Origin: an uncultured delta proteobacterium
GTDB taxonomy: Bacteria > Desulfobacterota > Zymogenia > Zymogenales > Zymogenaceae
DNA: 64,000 bases
Reading direction: 5' to 3'
Assembly (NCBI GenBank): GCA_963735595.1
Contig: CAVTLK010000002.1
Location: 256,001-320,000, forward strand
The notes under the pieces are model-generated. The model was given only the letters and a program-made list of their open reading frames with translations. It made no database searches and was not told the origin of the DNA. Positions 61,705 to 64,000 of the stretch are shown piece by piece. The position numbers and the translations under genes were made by a program. How positions within the stretch are numbered: the stretch's first letter is position 1; each line of letters starts with the position of its first letter.

Positions 61705-63033
61705 TTAAAGACTCAAGGCGCGATTTGCCAGTGTCCGTGCGGTTTTTGCCCACGTATAGACTCCATAATGTGAGCGAATCTCCGCCTCTCTATCGCGGAT
61801 GGCCTTTCTATGGTTAAAATGGTAGGCCAGGCGCTCAACCCATGCAGATAAATCCCGCGGGTCAAGATACTCGACGAATCTGCCCCCGACCTCGGGCAAC
61901 GAGGAAGAGGAAGAAGCGATGCAGAACTTACCATATACAAGGCTTTCGGCAACCGGCAACCCCCAACCTTCATAAAGGGACGGGTAAACCGTAAAGAGGG
62001 CGTGACGATACAGGTAAGAGAGCTCGAAGTCACTGACGTGGTTTAGCATGAGAATTAGACCATGTACCGATCGGTCGAGACGGAGATTAGAAAGGAAGGA
62101 ATCCGTCCCCCATCCCGTCCTGCCAACGAACACGAGTTTGGGTAAGTGTCGCAGATCCTCTCTCATTAGCTGTTTGTACGCACGGTAGAGGATCTCATGG
62201 TTTTTTCGCGGCTCGATATTGGCGACAAAGATAATGTAAGGTGTCCGGCAGATAACACGTACCTGCGGGCCGATGGGACCTTTTCGGATTCCTATGTCCG
62301 CCCCAAGCCGGATTACCCCCAGGTCCGGGCAACGTATTTTGGCCGTCGAAAGGAACAGCTCAAGGTCACGAAGGGTGTTTTGAGAAATGCAGAGGATCTT
62401 ATCGGCACAGGTAGCCATGCTTTCCGTGAATTGGGCAAAATTTTTTAGTTGATCGCTCTCAACAAAATGTGGAAATTTAACCGGAATGAGATCGTAGCAT
62501 ATCGCCATCACGCCGATTCCCGTCCTCTTCTTGATGGCATACAGGCCCGGGAATATATTGGCTTCGGAATTCAAACCCACGGTAACATAGACATCTCCCC
62601 GGCGAAGCTCCGGTTCTATACTCTGTTCTCTCTGTCTAAGAAGCGTGAAGATAAGCCTCACCGGGGCTTGCCGTATCTTTGCCATGATACGCCATTGTTT
62701 TAAGAGATATCGGATAAGCCCGTCCTGTAATCGTCGAGGCAGACGACGAATTGCTGCCTTGATGAAACCTTTTATGCTCCAACCCGATCCTTCTGGCTGA
62801 TGGGAACGCACCGCTTCGGCGTAACTATCCAATCGCCGGATGTGGGCCTCGACTTCTTTACAGCACACCTCGCGATGGTACCCCCTTACGCTGTCGTAGC
62901 GGCAAAAACGTGTTTGATTCTTGAATTCAATAAGAAGATGACGAGCACTTTCCAATTCTACTCGAACGAAACCGACTATGGGTCCGTTCCAGTTGTATAT
63001 TCTGGTTATATCAAACCAGATCGATTTAGCCAT
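61705..63033 (-). CDS. Glycosyltransferase family 4 (GT-B)
   Basis: YDLIP, IEPRKNH, YPSLYEGWGLPVAESL.GK..SS..SLPEVGG. Confidence 0.9.
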   Translation of the reverse strand: MAKSIWFDITRIYNWNGPIVGFVRVELESARHLLIEFKNQTRFCRYDSVRGYHREVCCKEVEAHIRRLDSYAEAVRSHQPEGSGWSIKGFIKAAIRRLPRRLQDGLIRYLLKQWRIMAKIRQAPVRLIFTLLRQREQSIEPELRRGDVYVTVGLNSEANIFPGLYAIKKRTGIGVMAICYDLIPVKFPHFVESDQLKNFAQFTESMATCADKILCISQNTLRDLELFLSTAKIRCPDLGVIRLGADIGIRKGPIGPQVRVICRTPYIIFVANIEPRKNHEILYRAYKQLMREDLRHLPKLVFVGRTGWGTDSFLSNLRLDRSVHGLILMLNHVSDFELSYLYRHALFTVYPSLYEGWGLPVAESLVYGKFCIASSSSSLPEVGGRFVEYLDPRDLSAWVERLAYHFNHRKAIRDREAEIRSHYGVYTWAKTARTLANRALSL

Positions 63034-63136
63034 GGAAGTATCCTGTTTTACGAGGTACGGGTACCTTTATGATGTCCGGGTATTATGCATGCGGCTTCAG
63101 ACGTTGTCAATAATAGAAGAGGCCGCCTCACGGCCT

Positions 63137-64000
63137 TCAGGCGGCGTCTATTCTTAACCTGTGCTTTAGCGCCTGAGGCACCAGTCGCCGCACCGCTGCC
63201 GGCGAATGTAAAATCAATCCCCGCAGGATTGAACCCGCTATGCTCTTGGGTTTCCACAGAATATACCTGTACCAGTATTTCAGGGGCTCAGAGAATCTAT
63301 ATGGAGTCTTTCTTACGTAATGCCAGTACAATTCCTTGCGCGGGTGATCGCAAAGATAGTGCCACGGTTTGATTGCGCCCAGGTAATGAATAACGGCCGG
63401 TTGGGACACGGCGTCCTGGAATTCCGTATATAAAGATTGAGGCCTTGCCCTGTGCCTGGGAAACGGCAGTATCTGCAGATTCCATCGGGGGTGCAGTGAA
63501 AAACGCTTGTCATAGAGCACCGCGTTGAGCGGGTCCTGGTCGGCGCACTGTATCTTATCGGGGTGTGCGGATGCGTAGCGCATTACCTGAGTTGAGATGC
63601 GATGTTTTCTAAATTTTTCCATGTCGATCAACAGGACACCGCTGTTGAAATACCCGTATTTGGCGGGAATGTTCAGCGTGTTATACTTGTCGTCTCCCGA
63701 ATCCACGTCTTCCACCGCGCCGAAGTAGCAGTTTCCCAGATCCGTGTTATACAATTCCGCCAGGGAGGTCGTCACGATGATATCGGGGTCCAGATACAGG
63801 ACCCTCTTGACCGCTTTGGGCAGTAGATCGGTGGACAAAACCCTGAGGTAGGCCGCTTCCGTGAAATATTGGCCGGTTTTGAGCCCCTCGATTCGCCGGA
63901 AGTCGCATCTTATGAAGTTGACCGTTACATCATATTTATTGAAAAATCTCTTGAATTTATGGATCGAAGTATCGTCCAAATCATAATGGAAATAAAATAG
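63137..64000 (-). CDS. Glycosyltransferase family 8, 5'-partial
   Basis: AAYLR, RVLYLDPD, YFNSGVLLID, DQDPLN, IHY.G..KPW; frame is open to the window end. Confidence 0.92.
   Translation of the reverse strand, partial: LFYFHYDLDDTSIHKFKRFFNKYDVTVNFIRCDFRRIEGLKTGQYFTEAAYLRVLSTDLLPKAVKRVLYLDPDIIVTTSLAELYNTDLGNCYFGAVEDVDSGDDKYNTLNIPAKYGYFNSGVLLIDMEKFRKHRISTQVMRYASAHPDKIQCADQDPLNAVLYDKRFSLHPRWNLQILPFPRHRARPQSLYTEFQDAVSQPAVIHYLGAIKPWHYLCDHPRKELYWHYVRKTPYRFSEPLKYWYRYILWKPKSIAGSILRGLILHSPAAVRRLVPQALKHRLRIDAA

Overview
GC-rich bacterial chromosomal segment. The gene content (selB, V4R, UroD-like, CCG/FAD oxidoreductases, GH57/galT/glgA) fits an anaerobe such as a Desulfobacterota/deltaproteobacterium; this is an inference. 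From left to right: a WG-repeat gene and an att-like AT-rich relic beside tRNA-Phe(GAA); mixed housekeeping genes including selB; an accessory stretch (about 12.5-21.8 kb) with nested REP-like palindromes, a MerR-like gene, an unusual membrane/MazG-like/homocysteine-methyltransferase fusion, a low-GC TcmP-DUF5131 pair and a duplicated gene 3' end; lipid and amide hydrolase genes; a D-lyxose-isomerase-family gene interrupted by an in-frame TGA; a glycogen operon with four tandem GH57 genes (one highly divergent), galT, glgA and a sensor kinase; a TetR-linked Fe-S/FAD/FAD/CrtC-like catabolic module; and a lower-GC glycosyltransferase cluster running off the right end. The interval of about 39.1-48.8 kb is full of single-base indels that look like uncorrected long-read errors. 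No CRISPR array, rRNA, transposase or intact integrase was seen. Family assignments come from motif recognition by eye, not from database searches.
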